Positions 37,690 to 50,509 of a stretch of DNA of 64,000 bases are shown here, piece by piece. Under the pieces are notes generated by a model. That model saw only the letters and a list, made by a program, of their open reading frames with translations. It ran no database searches and was not told the DNA's origin. How positions within the stretch are numbered: the first letter of the stretch is position 1; every line of letters begins with the position of its first letter. Location: contig CATNEN010000003.1 of assembly GCA_950097015.1 (NCBI GenBank), forward strand, positions 14,198,001 through 14,262,000, read 5' to 3'. The DNA comes from Macrostomum hystrix (Eukaryota; Animalia; Platyhelminthes). A program made the position numbers and the translations under genes.

Positions 37690-39825
37690 GGCAGGCGAAC
37701 CCGAAGATCTTGATCTCTCACTTGTAGCGGCTGACCTCACCGACGGCTTGTAGGATGTCGCCGAACCTGCCGTCTTAGCAGCGGCCAATTTGAATAGGTG
37801 GTCGTCGCTTCAGTCACTCACTGCCTTGACCGCGGCCAGCGCCGGGGGCTTCGGAGGTCTACTTCACCTGATGAAGTCACCGAGGGACGGAAACCGCGTC
37901 TGCCAGGGTTCAACGCAATCAGGCGCCGTAGTCAATGAGGCCGGCACTCCGGCGGCCCCACACGCGGAAGGGGCGTAGCGATCCTTATCCGCTGCGTTAC
38001 GAGGTCTCCACAGAGTGGCGCTGGCATCCGGATCGTCCCGTTTGAAAAGAGCAGAGAGAGCCTGGATTATATTTACCGTCGTCAGCTCGTCACAGCAATT
38101 TTCGTATGGTATTTGCAGCCCAGCATGCGTGTTGAACGATCTGTCAGCCTGTCATCCTGTTTGACTTCTGTAAGAACCGTACGACACCGTCTAGAAGCAG
38201 AATCTGTTGCACAAACTGCACGCCGCCGGTATCCTAGCCGCGGGTGTCCTCAGGCTGACAATTGGTCTTGGCTGACCGATGAGCTGCTTTCAAGATGCAA
38301 GGCGCGCTGAGCAGCTGGTGATACACGTGATACGCTCTTTCGCGAGGGGCGCGTTCTTGCCTAGTCGCGCCGTACATCAACGACCTTCCCGACTGCCTGC
38401 TTACTGCACGCCGCGGCGTTACGCGGACGATCTCATCGTCGCGGTGCAGGGCTTGTCTGTGGAGGAGGCCGTGGGCAATCGACGCGGTCACCGGCTGGGC
38501 AAAAAACTGGCGGATGGAGCTGCAGGTGCCGAGCAAGTGCACCGCCTCTCTGGTTCACCATCACCCCTGAAAGGCGAGCCGTCAGAAGCACCTGAGGCTG
38601 AATAAAGAAACTCCCGCAACGGACTGCCAGCCGCACTTTCTCAGCATGCCGCGAACGTTGCCTGCCGCGCCCGTGCGAGCCGTGGCGTTCTGGCGGCATT
38701 GTCTGGCAGAAGCCGGGGCGATAGACAGAGCCAGCTCTATATGGCCTACGTCCGACCAGTTTGGAGTACGCTGCTGGCGCCTGGATGCCGTCGGCCTGCA
38801 AGACGACCACAGAGCGCTAGCGGAGGTGCTGGAGCGCGAGGCTGGATTGCCACCAAATGACAATCCGTGCAGAAATTCATGTTGGCCTCCTCTATGAACG
38901 CACGCTCAGGCTGCCGGCCAACAACCAACTGCTCGTGTGTGCTACGGCCAAGGACCACTAGTAGATAGTGGCTAAGTAGTCCGTGGCTACGGCCCGCGTC
39001 GCGCTCTCCCGAACGCCCAAGGCTGGCACGAGAAGATGCTCAGCGTCTGCAACGCTGTGGGACTGAGCGACAACCCGCGCGACCCCGTTGCTGTCATGCC
39101 GCCAAAGCCTTCATGGCCCGACCTCGATAAATTTTTCGAGGTTTTCGGGCTTCTCCTGGTCTTTACGAATAGTTCAGGGGGACTGTTATCGAGTCTCGGA
39201 GGGCAGTGGCAAAGCTAGGAGACGCTCGATCGCTGCCCTGTGTCGCTTACTATCATCTGGACCCGACGGAGCGACAAAGGACGGTGTCCTTGAAGGTCGG
39301 CAGAAGCACTCTAATCTGGTGGAGCCCGACATCATCAACATCTGCATTCCGCCGGCCGCAGCGCAACGTCCAGCTACTACGGCGAGCTGGCCAGTGGCGA
39401 TTGCATGGTGAAGCTTAAGTGGTTGCTCGCGTTTCCGGACCCTGCTGAGTTGTCGCCGGTGCAGATGTGTTTCGACTCTTCTGGTGCGACCAAAGCCGGC
39501 GAAATATGGGCCAGCCTCGCGACACTAGCCGCGCCGCTGATCGAGGTCCTGCAGGTGCATCTGCAGTGGGTGCCTGGACATTAAGGCGTCCCCGGAAACG
39601 AGCTAGGCCGTTAACGAGATCGCCAAGCGAGACTCTTTGTTGACGCAGGCCGGACGCCGCGCCAATCCCACTGGCGCCAGCACAAGCTGCCATCCAACGC
39701 GACTGCCTCTCTGCCGCGGGCACGGAAGCCATACAGGAGGCAAATAGACGGCCGCTGATCACGGTCTGTCAGGGCAACAGCTGCCCCGCCATGACTCTTC
39801 ACCGCTGCCGCGAGCATACCGAGCA
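37690..39825 (+). pseudogene. Decayed non-LTR retrotransposon (reverse transcriptase + RNase H)
   Basis: GC-rich block with RT pieces RSVSLSSCL..RHRL and RYADDLIV (~38420), plus GWPP and SCVLRPRTT. RNase H pieces are DGATKDG and VHLQWVPGH*GVPGNEL..EIAKR (~39555-39630). Many frameshifts and stops. Confidence 0.8.
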
Positions 39826-40564
39826 TACTTTTAACTATCTATTTACCATACCACCAGAAACGCAAAGTTTTACGACAGCAATTAAAGCGTATGAAACGTG
39901 CACATGCAGTGCGCATGCATTTTGTGTTGTGTGCGAAACTCTTTTACCTTATTAAATCGATTTTTCCTTTGTCCATCCAAGTACCTCTACAGAATTTATA
40001 CTATAATACATACATCAGTAGTCCTATAGTGGTCCTTCAGTGGTCCTACAGAGGTCCATCCTTCTAATTGTCATTGCATTATTTGCACCTGAAATAAACG
40101 CGTTTCAGGACGTAAAAAGAATAGAAAAAATATTTGCTTCGATTACGTTAGTAAAAAAGGTATATTAAAAACCAAAAACTTACCCTTTAAAAGTTGTAAA
40201 ATTGTTGTAATAATTGTAAAATCGGTCAGACCAGTTGTTTTACTTACTTCACAGCTGGTTCGCATTAATTTAAATTTACATTTGATGCATTTCGCAGAAA
40301 TATATGCAGTGCGGTAGTACTATGTCGTATCATCAATTAATTAATGTTCCGCATTTATTCTAGGTCTTATCTTTATTGCTTTAGATTTTTGTGTGAAAGT
40401 GGCTGTCTTTAAATAACACTTAAGGACGTATAATCTCAACGAAAAATAAGAAAATATATAATATAACTTTTTAATAATCGTTTCATTTATATTTCGTCGC
40501 GAGTCCTATTAAACTTTCTTAAACTATCTATTCGACTAGCAATAACACCATAAATTATATTAAA

Positions 40565-43500
40565 ATGTCGTGTCCTCAAGGTTATGATCGGGCGACGATA
40601 TTTATTAAACCAATTGCTAATGGTGCAACGTAAGTATAAGTATGATATTTTCCCATGTCTGAAAAATTGTTTTACTGTTATTAATAATGCTAACCTCAGA
40701 CAATTATTCATACAATAGTTGAAGTTAAATTGCAGTTGGTTCTTTTTGTATCGTTGTAGGCCTATTTTAAATAAACAAAAGATGGATTATTCATACAATA
40801 GTTAAAGTTAAATTGCAGTTGGTTCTTTTTGTATCGTTGTATTTTAAATAACAAGTTTAACCTAATATCTGGTTTTGCCAATTTATTATGGTAATGGACA
40901 TACATGCGCAACCTCCCAAATCTTAGCCGGCCGTGCAACTTAGTTTTTGCTCTCATTTGCGACTTAGTTCATTTCATTGCTCTATTTACAACTTAGTTTG
41001 CTCTTATTTGCTCTCTTTTTCTCTCCCCTTTTTCCTTTTCTTCACGCCTTCCTTTTTTGTCCCTTGGTCCCCCCTTTGATTTTTTTGCACTTGGTCAATT
41101 GGTTTTTGCGACTTACCTTGCTTGGCCCTCGTTTCACCCAGCCGGGTGTTGAGCATGTATGGTAATGGAAATATAATATATATATATATATTAATATATA
41201 TGGCAATTGGCAATGTCCTAGTTTCCAGGGTGAAATTCTTTTGACCCGAAATTGTAAGCAAACAAACAAAATCCAGTTTTTTAAAGCAGTAAACCATGTC
41301 ATAGGGCTTGAGATTGCACAGCATATTAATAGGTTAGCCAGTATAGAGAGTGGTAAAAACTATTTTCTAGGTAAAGTCAGCACCAGAGGAACTTGCTCAG
41401 GTAAGATAAAAAAGGTCCTCACTGATGCTTATATTGGTCAATCAATTGATCAATCAACCAATACACTGCAATCCAATCAATTAGTCATTTGGATTTGGAC
41501 TTAACAATGACTATATATAAAATACAAAAATGTAAAGCTTAAAAAGAAGTACACTCTTGGGTCATTAAGACTGCAGTTAAACTATACTTTCCTTAACATT
41601 CTCTTTCTATTGTTCAAATTTTGCAGTGGGTAGTATTTGCATTGGTGTTGGTGTTGCCAACCAAATTTAGTATGTAGTTGAATTCTCAGTGTATATGAGA
41701 TAGGGCCCCATTTGTACATTCCTAGAAACCATTTCCCACGAAAATTTAGTATTTTGTTTAACTTTTTATAAAATTTGTTTGAATGCACCAATTTGTTCAT
41801 TTGCACTGAAAATAAAAGGTTCTAATGAATTTGCGGAGGTGAGGAGGAGAGGAAGTTTTTGTATAAATACACATGAGTGAAAGAGAAGAAATTAACCCTT
41901 GTTTGAGACGGCGTTCAGAATAAAGAAAGCTTTAATCTTGAAGTATTAGTGTTGATGTTATTTGAAAGAGACATTGCAAAAGGGAAGTAAACAGAGTAAA
42001 GGAGATCTGTAAATCTAGATCCACTTGTAAAGCCCAAGACGGACTGAAGACTGGTTAAGACTGATAAAGATGGATAAAGAGTGACAAATACTGATAAAGA
42101 TGGATAAAGAGTACTTACAGAAATAATACAGCAAGGTTATTATTATAAGTGAAAGTAAATAGAGAGGATAAAATTTGGCCATATCATGCTACCAGATTAA
42201 ATGCATAACACTACCTATTTGGATTGAAATAAGAAGTGCATAAAGTGAATAATTAAGGACATTCATAAGATTGATATAAAGACAGTATTTGAATAAAGTG
42301 AATAAGCACTATGACAACTTTAGTGATATTCAGTAAGATATTAACTATTGTAAAATAACCCTGTGACAACTTTGGTAGGACTTTAATTATCAAAGCATAA
42401 GCACTAGAGCAACATTGGTGGCATCACTAGGATTAGTAAGTTATCAAGAAAGTAGCCCTACAACATATACCTAGTGCTTAAGGTGGGTAAAATGTATGTA
42501 TAACACAAATAGTGACAAGTTTAAGTTGATTAAGTTTATTTCTGATAAGTATTGAGTACAACTTGTTAGGCCTAACTTAATTGGTTCTAAACTTAGTGAT
42601 AGATAAAATACATAATTGGATACAAACTTCTTTTTTGTATAAAAAAACTTATTTGTTGACTCTAATAAATATCTCGTCTCTAATCACTCCCCTTTTCCAT
42701 TATGTTCCATTATCTTATCTCTCTTCAGTCTAAGTGCCAGCTGTTATTTTCTGTTTTCTCTCATTTGCCTGCAAAGTGCATATTGCTGCTTGCTGTTCTG
42801 TAAAAGGTTAGTCTGAGTTAGTCTCATAGGCCATATGTAATTCATTAATTTCTATATGATACTATCTTTTAAATTTTATACTTACCTATCCTTTCAGTGT
42901 GGAAGAACTGCAACTTTTCTATGAACAATATGGTGACATTCTGTCCATCAACATCCCAGCTGATCGAGTCACTCACAAGAGCAGAGGCTACGCCTTTATT
43001 GAATATCCTTTTACACAACTTTTTATTTACTATGAATCCTAAATTTATTGGCCTATGAGAACTATCCACCAAAAGTCAATTGTATAAATGCCCTATGTAT
43101 AATTTAATCCACATGCTGAAGTTGTATTACTTTCCTTAACCAACTGTTGATCTATTGTTTTTTTCGCTTGTTATCTGCACATTTCTCCATCCGGACGACG
43201 CGGCCACAGCCAGAGATCGCACCAACGGATCTAACCTGCTTGGCAAATTGATCACAGTGGAAATTGCTGAAGGGCCTAGAAAGAGTGAGTTTAAATTGTA
43301 TAAGACAGTTTCAGCACTGCCTGGAGATTCGATTGCTATTAAGGCCGTTGCAGTCATGCTACAATCAGTGCGAGCTATATAAGTTCGAGTTGGTCCGAAT
43401 CTGCTGAAATGAACAGACTGGAAACTGTATTGAGATTTGAGCACAGCTTCCTACGAGATCCTGCTAAAGATTTAGAGTGTTTGACCTCTGCAGTGTCCCT

Positions 43501-44909
43501 CGCCTAGAACAGCCATGACTGATATTTATTAGCTAGTTAACAATAACATTGCTGCTTTGTCATTTTGCAGCTTGACATGTCAGAAATTGCTACGATGCAG
43601 TTCAATAGTATTCTGTGATCTCACACAGTGTCTATTGTTTCAATGAACTCAGTTCTTTGTTCCGCCTTCCGTGTGCATCTGCATGCTTCAAATGCATCAA
43701 GTGACTTCAGATTCATGCATGAAACAGTTTGGACTCAGAGTAATAGGTAAATTGCAGTTATCGCTGAATTCTATCACAAGGAAACGGAATACGAAATCAG
43801 GCCTTGCAGATCGGATTTCTTTACTGCCTAATAATATACACCGTTTGCATTTGTGAATCTAAAGAAACAAAGCCTTGGCAACAGCAAAGGCCTCAGTAAC
43901 AGTGTGTACATGTGTGCACGCACTCGTGCAATGTATTTCACTCTGGATATATGGATCTTCACGATGGCGCTATGCAGGGATTTCAAGACAGGACACTATT
44001 CTCATTCGGAAATCAGCAATCTCGTACCGTGATGTATTTCGCAAACAGTTCCGCGTATTTGATTGCATGCATACAGAATATTAATTTGCAGAAACATTAA
44101 GTAAGCAAATTTTATTTACAAGTATTTGCATATCTTTGTGTTCTTACACTGTGTTGGTTGCTCCACATGCAGCACATTGTTTAAGGGGTACCGTTTTAGT
44201 TCTAAAAGAAAGAAGGCAACATTAAAGATATCGTTTGAACTGTCTTTATCTCCCAAGTTTAGAATCGGTCGATTGACAGCAACAGCAACTAGGTCGATTG
44301 TCCATCTTCGAGTATTTTTTTAATGCAAGGGGGTAAAAGTTGCATAATAAGCTAGATGCCAATATTACGTTTCGCTTGCTAATAACAAAATTCCATCCAT
44401 TCGCGTGCGATTCAGCGCCGGCTGAAATGCAGCAACGCCGGGATAAGCTGCGTCGGTTTCAAGAGCGCGATCAGCCGCAGCACAGGAGCTTTCATCGTCA
44501 GCAGCGCTCGCTCAATGGACTTAACGATCGGCGGCAGGAGCCGCGGGTATCTTACAATCGCGGGTCTCGAACCATTAGTAGGAGGCCCAATCCGACATCC
44601 TCTGGTAGGGGAGGCGGAAGAGGTCGTCGCATCGAGCCGATTATTCAGGTTAGTCCGTCCACTTCGCCTTCGATTTCCGGGTCGCGAAGATCAAGATCTA
44701 GGTCGCGGTCTAGGTCTAGGTCCGATGCCAAAGAAAAAATTGAAGGCTCATCGTCTAGCCGAAGGCGCAGATGGAGGTCAAGGTCGAGGTCTAGTTCCAG
44801 CGACGGCTCGGAGAGTCGATCGAGGTCAAGGTCAGCGTCAAGCTCAAGGTCGTCTGGCGGCGCCGATGGTTCCTCGCGAGTTTCGTCAACAAGTTCTCGA
44901 CCAAGATGA
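40565..44909 (+). CDS. SRSF10: SRSF10/SRSF12-like SR splicing factor (RRM + RS domain), 4 coding exons
   Basis: Exons 40565-40629, 42898-43002, 43181-43284, 44416-44909 give MSCPQGYDRATIFIKPIANGAT-VEELQLFYEQYGDILSINIPADRVTHKSRGYAFIE-FLHPDDAATARDRTNGSNLLGKLITVEIAEGPRK-TPAEMQ..RSRSRSRS. RNP1 is RGYAFIEF, and the AxGxRKTPxxM motif is typical of SRSF10. Intron 2 is AT-AC. Confidence 0.85.
40703..40840. repeat. ~55-bp direct duplication in SRSF10 intron 1
   Basis: ATTATTCATACAATAGTT(G/A)AAGTTAAATTGCAGTTGGTTCTTTTTGTATCGTTGTA occurs twice. Confidence 0.85.
43003..43180 (+). other. U12-type (minor spliceosome) AT-AC intron
   Basis: 5' site ATATCCTTTT, branch site TTCCTTAAC at 43132-43140, and terminal AC at 43179-43180. 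Removal restores RNP1 in frame. Confidence 0.88.
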
Positions 44910-46019
44910 ACAAGAAGTAGTCTGGACAGTGATTTTTACTAAACGCGTTGTTCCGTTTGCTAAATACGGCTTACGCCTTTTCTACTCCAGCATTCTAACG
45001 GGGTTTTTATATTTGAGCTCAATAAATATCCAATTCGATGAAAAATGATTGCCAGCGAAGTTAGGCCAGTGTCACAGCCGCAGCAGGATTATTTATTGGC
45101 CCTTCTACTAAAATATTACCCTCGATCGCTTCTGAAACGCTTTCGAGACTTTAAGACTGTCCGCTGTGCTTAAATGGTGCTCAAACTAAGAGTTTAGTAT
45201 TCTGCAGCTCCATTTGTTGCTTTTTAAAACTTTTTTTGCCTTGTTTTTATTTATAACCGTAACGATTAACTTGTTACTGTTTTATTGTTTTGAATTAAAA
45301 AAGCCAGAAACTTGACGGACACGAACATTCTTCCCAGTTATTTGGTCTCAGACCCCATATACAGTGCAAGATATTCTAGCCTAACAGTTTCTTCCTATCA
45401 CTATACAGATAATTACAAGAAATTGTGCCTAAAATTTGTGTTTTTGTTTTTTGCTCGCCAACCGAAATGCCAAATTTACAACAATCAATATCCGCCTTCA
45501 TGTTTTTAGAATGCCAATAAAACCCCTAGTGAAGTTTTTGCATTGTTATTTAATTCAAGATTTTATTTATTTGTTTGAAAATGTGTTAATCGTTCGATTT
45601 TGTAAATCGAATAAGTTTTTCTATTATTAGCTTACTAATAGTAGTTGCATTAGTAGTTTTTTGGCGCGAAATCAAATAGTTTCTTTCCCAATAAATGTTA
45701 AACTGTTTTCTGAAGGTCGTGTTTTAGAATTTGATAGAATAAGAAAACCGTTTTGCTTATTTAAAGTGGTTTGTCACTGTCGTTCTCACAGTCTGCTCTA
45801 TTTGTGATTTGCTGATGTTTTCTATGGCTATTCAGATTTTTTTAATTCATAAATTCGAAAGTTTCAGTTTGACTGCTGACTGGTTGACCTTTTCAAATCA
45901 AATCATCGATGGTTTTTTGCTTTCAATCATTTAATCAGAAATACCGACCGGTCATTGGATCTGGAACTAACATTGCAGGAGGGCTGCTGGCAATGGCACA
46001 CGATTTGGTTACAGTAGAC

Positions 46020-46246
46020 CCGCAGATACTGTACGCAGGCACACGCTCACACAGGTGTGTACATCTGCCTGACTTTCTCATCGTCAGGCAGTGTACATTT
46101 CACTGTGCCTTGGAGGATGGCCCTCAAGTGCTTAAATTTCACGACAAGCCCCCAAGCCTTCTCTACGCGGCTACGCCACAAATGAATGGGGCCTCGCCGC
46201 GGAATCGAGCTCAGGGACCTTGGTGCCAGAGGCAAACGCGTTAACC
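46020..46246 (-). mobile_element. tRNA-derived SINE family B copy
   Basis: Reverse-complement homologue of 28790-29000. Confidence 0.75.
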
Positions 46247-46809
46247 GCTTTTCAACTCAACCCTTCGATCTGTAGTATCCATCAGTGATTGGATCTACAA
46301 TCCAGATAACTGATTGGGTCTGAAATGCAGGTAACTGAATAGATTTGTCATTTTGCCTATCTTCACTAATTAAAGGGATAAAAACTTACAGCTCACTTTC
46401 AATTTGCATAGCGATTTCGTCATGCGAAATGTTAGGCAATTAGACAGCGGGGTTTCATAACCATGTAGCCAGGCAGCTACATGTGATACCGATGTCACAT
46501 GTGCATATGTAGCAAATTCGCGCTTCTTATCTGATAGTTAAGTTGTGCATTCTTTCGACCTTAAGCACTTATAGATCAGAACTGTTTTCCATGTCACAAG
46601 CGTATAAAATTAGTGTGTTTGCATACGTTGAGTGGTACAAAAATTTTTCTGATGTCACATCCTTATATCATGTGTAGATTATAGGTTTGATTGTGGCTTA
46701 TTTTTATGCATATTGCGTGTACCTCTTGTTTACATATACAATCTGCAACTTCACCTACGTACAAAACTGGACAAGTAGGCTTAAAATTCTAGTTTCAAAT
46801 CATGTCTAA

Positions 46810-49638
46810 TCTCATGGAATGTTAAGATGTCTAATCTCTCATGTGAATGTTAAGATGTCTAATCTCTCATGGAATGCTCAGATGTCTAATCTCTAATGTA
46901 GATGCTAAGATGTCTAATCTCTCATGTGAATGTTAAGATGTCTAATCTCTCATGGAATGTTAAGATGTCTAATCTCTCATGGAATGCTCAGATGTCTAAT
47001 CTCTAATGTAGATGCTAAGATGTCTATTCTCTCATGGAATGCTAAGATGTCTAATCTCTCATGTGAATGTTAAGATGTCTAATCTCTAATGTAGATGCTA
47101 AGATGTCTAATCTCTCGTGTGAATGCTAAAATGTCTAATCTCTCATGGAGTGCTAAGATGTCTAATCTCTCATGTGAATGCTAAGATGTCTAATCTCTCA
47201 TGGAATGCTAATATGTCTAATCTCTCATGTGAATGCTAAGATGTCTAATCTCTCATGTGAATGCTCAGATGTCTAATCTCTCATGTGAATGCTAAGATGT
47301 CTAATCTCTAATGTAGATGCTAAGATGTCTAATCTCTCATGGAATGCTCAGATGTCTAATCTCTCATGTGAATGCTAAGATGTCTAATCTCTCATGTGAA
47401 TGCTCAGATGTCTAATCTCTAATGTAGATGCTAAGATGTCTAATCTCTCATGGAATGCTAAGATGTCTAATCTCTCATGTGAATGTTAAGATGTCTAATC
47501 TCTAATGTAGATGCTAAGATGTCTAATCCTCATGTGAATGCTCAGATGTCTAATCTCTCATGTGAATGCTCAGATGTCTAATCTCTCATGTGAATGCTCA
47601 GATGTCTAATCTCTCATGTGAATGCTCAGATGTCTAATCTCTCATGTGAATGCTCAGATGTCTAATCTCTCATGTGAATGCTAAGATGTCTAATCTCTCA
47701 TGTGAATGCTCAGATGTCTAATCTCTCATGTGAATGCTCAGATGTCTAATCTCTCATGTGAATGCTCAGATGTCTAATCTCTCGTGTGAATGCTAAGATG
47801 TCTAATCTCTCATGTGAATGCTAAGATGTCTAATCTCTCATGGAATGCTAAGATGTCTAATCTCTCATGTGAATGCTCAGATGTCTAATCTCTCATGTGA
47901 ATGCTCAGATGTCTAATCTCTCGTGTGAATGCTAAGATGTCTAATCTCTCATGGAATGCTAAGATGTCTAATCTCTCATGGAATGCTAAGATGTCTAATC
48001 TCTCATGGAATGCTAAGATGTCTAATCTCTCATGGAATGCTAAGATGTCTAATCTCTCATGTGAATGCTCAGATGTCTAATCTCTCATGTGAATGCTAAG
48101 ATGTCTAATCTCTAATGTAGATGCTAAGATGTCTAATCTCTCATGTGAATGCTCAGATGTCTAATCTCTAATGTAGATGCTAAGATGTCTAATCTCTCAT
48201 GTGAATGCTAAGATGTCTAATCACTAATGTAGATGCTAAGATGTCTAATCTCTCATGGAATGCTCAGATGTCTAATCTCTCATGTGAATGCTAAGATGTC
48301 TAATCTCTCTTGGAATGCTCAGATGTCTAGTCTCTCATGGAATGTTAAGATGTCTAATCTCTCATGTGAATGCTCAGATGTCTAATCTCTCATGTGAATG
48401 CTCAGATGTCTAATCTCTCATGTGAATGCTCAGATGTCTAATCTCTCATGTGAATGCTCAGATGTCTAATCTCTCATGTGAATGCTAAGATGTCTAATCT
48501 CTCATGTGAATGCTCAGATGTCTAATCTCTCATGTGAATGCTAAGATGTCTAATCTCTCATGGAATGCTAAGATGTCTAATCTCTCATGTGAATGCTCAG
48601 ATGTCTAATCTCTCATGTGAATGCTAAGATGTCTAATCTCTCATGTGAATGCTCAGATGTCTAATCTCTCATGTGAATGCTAAGATGTCTAATCTCTCAT
48701 GGAATGCTAAGATGTCTAATCTCTCATGTGAATGCTCAGATGTCTAATCTCTCGTGTGAATGCTAAGATGTCTAATCTCTCATGTGAATGCTCAGATGTC
48801 TAATCTCTCATGTGAATGCTAAGATGTCTAATCTCTCATGTGAATGCTCAGATGTCTAATCTCTCATGTGAATGCTAAGATGTCTAATCTCTCATGGAAT
48901 GCTAAGATGTCTAATCTCTCATGTGAATGCTCAGATGTCTAATCTCTCATGTGAATGCTAAGATGTCTAATCTCTCATGTGAATGCTCAGATGTCTAATC
49001 TCTCATGTGAATGCTAAGATGTCTAATCTCTCATGGAATGCTAAGATGTCTAATCTCTCATGTGAATGCTCAGATGTCTAATCTCTCGTGTGAATGCTAA
49101 GATGTCTAATCTCTCGTGTGAATGCTAAGATGTCTAATCTCTCATGTGAATGCTAAGATGTCTAATCTCTCATGGAATGCTAATATGTCTAATCTCTCAT
49201 GGAATGCTAAGATGTCTAATCTCTCATGTGAATGTTAAGATGTCTAATCTCTCGTGTGAATGCTAAGATGTCTAATCTCTCATGGAATGCTAAGATGTCT
49301 AATCTCTCATGTGAATGCTCAGATGTCTAATCTCTCATGTGAATGCTAAGATGTCTAATCTCTAATGTAGATGCTAAGATGTCTAATCTCTCATGTGAAT
49401 GCTCAGATGTCTAATCTCTAATGTAGATGCTAAGATGTCTAATCTCTCATGTGAATGCTAAGATGTCTAATCACTAATGTAGATGCTAAGATGTCTAATC
49501 TCTCATGGAATGCTCAGATGTCTAATCTCTCATGTGAATGCTAAGATGTCTAATCTCTCTTGGAATGCTCAGATGTCTAGTCTCTCATGGAATGTTAAGA
49601 TGTCTAATCTCTCATGGAATGCAAAGATGTCTAGTCTC
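46810..49638. repeat. 27-28-bp minisatellite (GATGTCTAATCTCTCATGTGAATGCT[A/C]A)n, 2.8 kb
   Basis: About 100 units. Rare variants recur 1250 bp apart (TCACTAATGT at 48221 and 49471). Confidence 0.97.
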
Positions 49639-50509
49639 TTGTAGGCACTTGTGCATTTTAATATTACCAGTGACAACCGAAAAATAGGCGAATTAAAATC
49701 AAATTTAGGAATATGCTAATTGATTCCACTGAGTGACTCACACCTAGGTCGTTTATAAAAATAATGTTCTCAAACAGATTATATTGCTTCTCATTAAGTC
49801 GAAAGCTATAGCCTTTACTGCTGCCGGATGTGGCCAGCAAAGTCATTGTGCATTTGAAACCAAAGCGAACACTTGCTCCATTGCCGTGTGAAATAGCACG
49901 CTAACATGTTAGATAAATTAGTTTGCTGCTTCAGCACCGCACAGAAATGTTGTGTCGCATGCAGGCATTTCACTGCAGTGGAATAGCTAATGAGAATTGA
50001 GTATATGCATGTTAACTTTGTAGGCCAGACAGTATTATATGACGCATTCAAATGACTTCAGGGAATGAGACCTTATAATAATATATACAGTTGAGTACGG
50101 ATTATAGCTTAGCGAATTATTGCACAAGCATGAGAATTAGAAGCGTAAACGAAAACAGGATTTCTAGCTCGCTTGTTCACAAGCTTGTAATAAATTGTAT
50201 TAACTAAGTTGGTACACGTCTCCTTTAGCCTTCCAAAACTAAATGTGACCATGTACTGCATCTCTAGATTCCCTGCACTAAATTTCCTGCATCCAAAAAA
50301 TTAACAAAATTGTCATGCGTATATCAGGCCCGGTGTCCACGTACATCTTTGATTGTACATCTAAGATAGCTGTTTTTCAAATATCTGTTCGTTGACAGTT
50401 TCAAAGGGATAAAATAGTAAATAAATTTCCACTAAGATTTAAGATTTATGATTCGATTTTTGTGTCGGGAGCTCTGATAAACTGTTTGGACAAAACTAGA
50501 AAACTATCT

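Noticed and set aside
37866-37902. Hammerhead-like CTGATGAAGTC..GACGGAAACCGCGTC
   Set aside because: There are extra bases in the core, and stem I cannot pair.
44340-44909. Standalone 189-aa RS-rich ORF
   Set aside because: It is the last exon of the SRSF10-like gene, starting at the 44416 acceptor.
45909-46244. 111-aa ORF similar to the 28785-29084 ORF, suggesting a small gene family
   Set aside because: The similarity is explained by antisense reading of two SINE copies.
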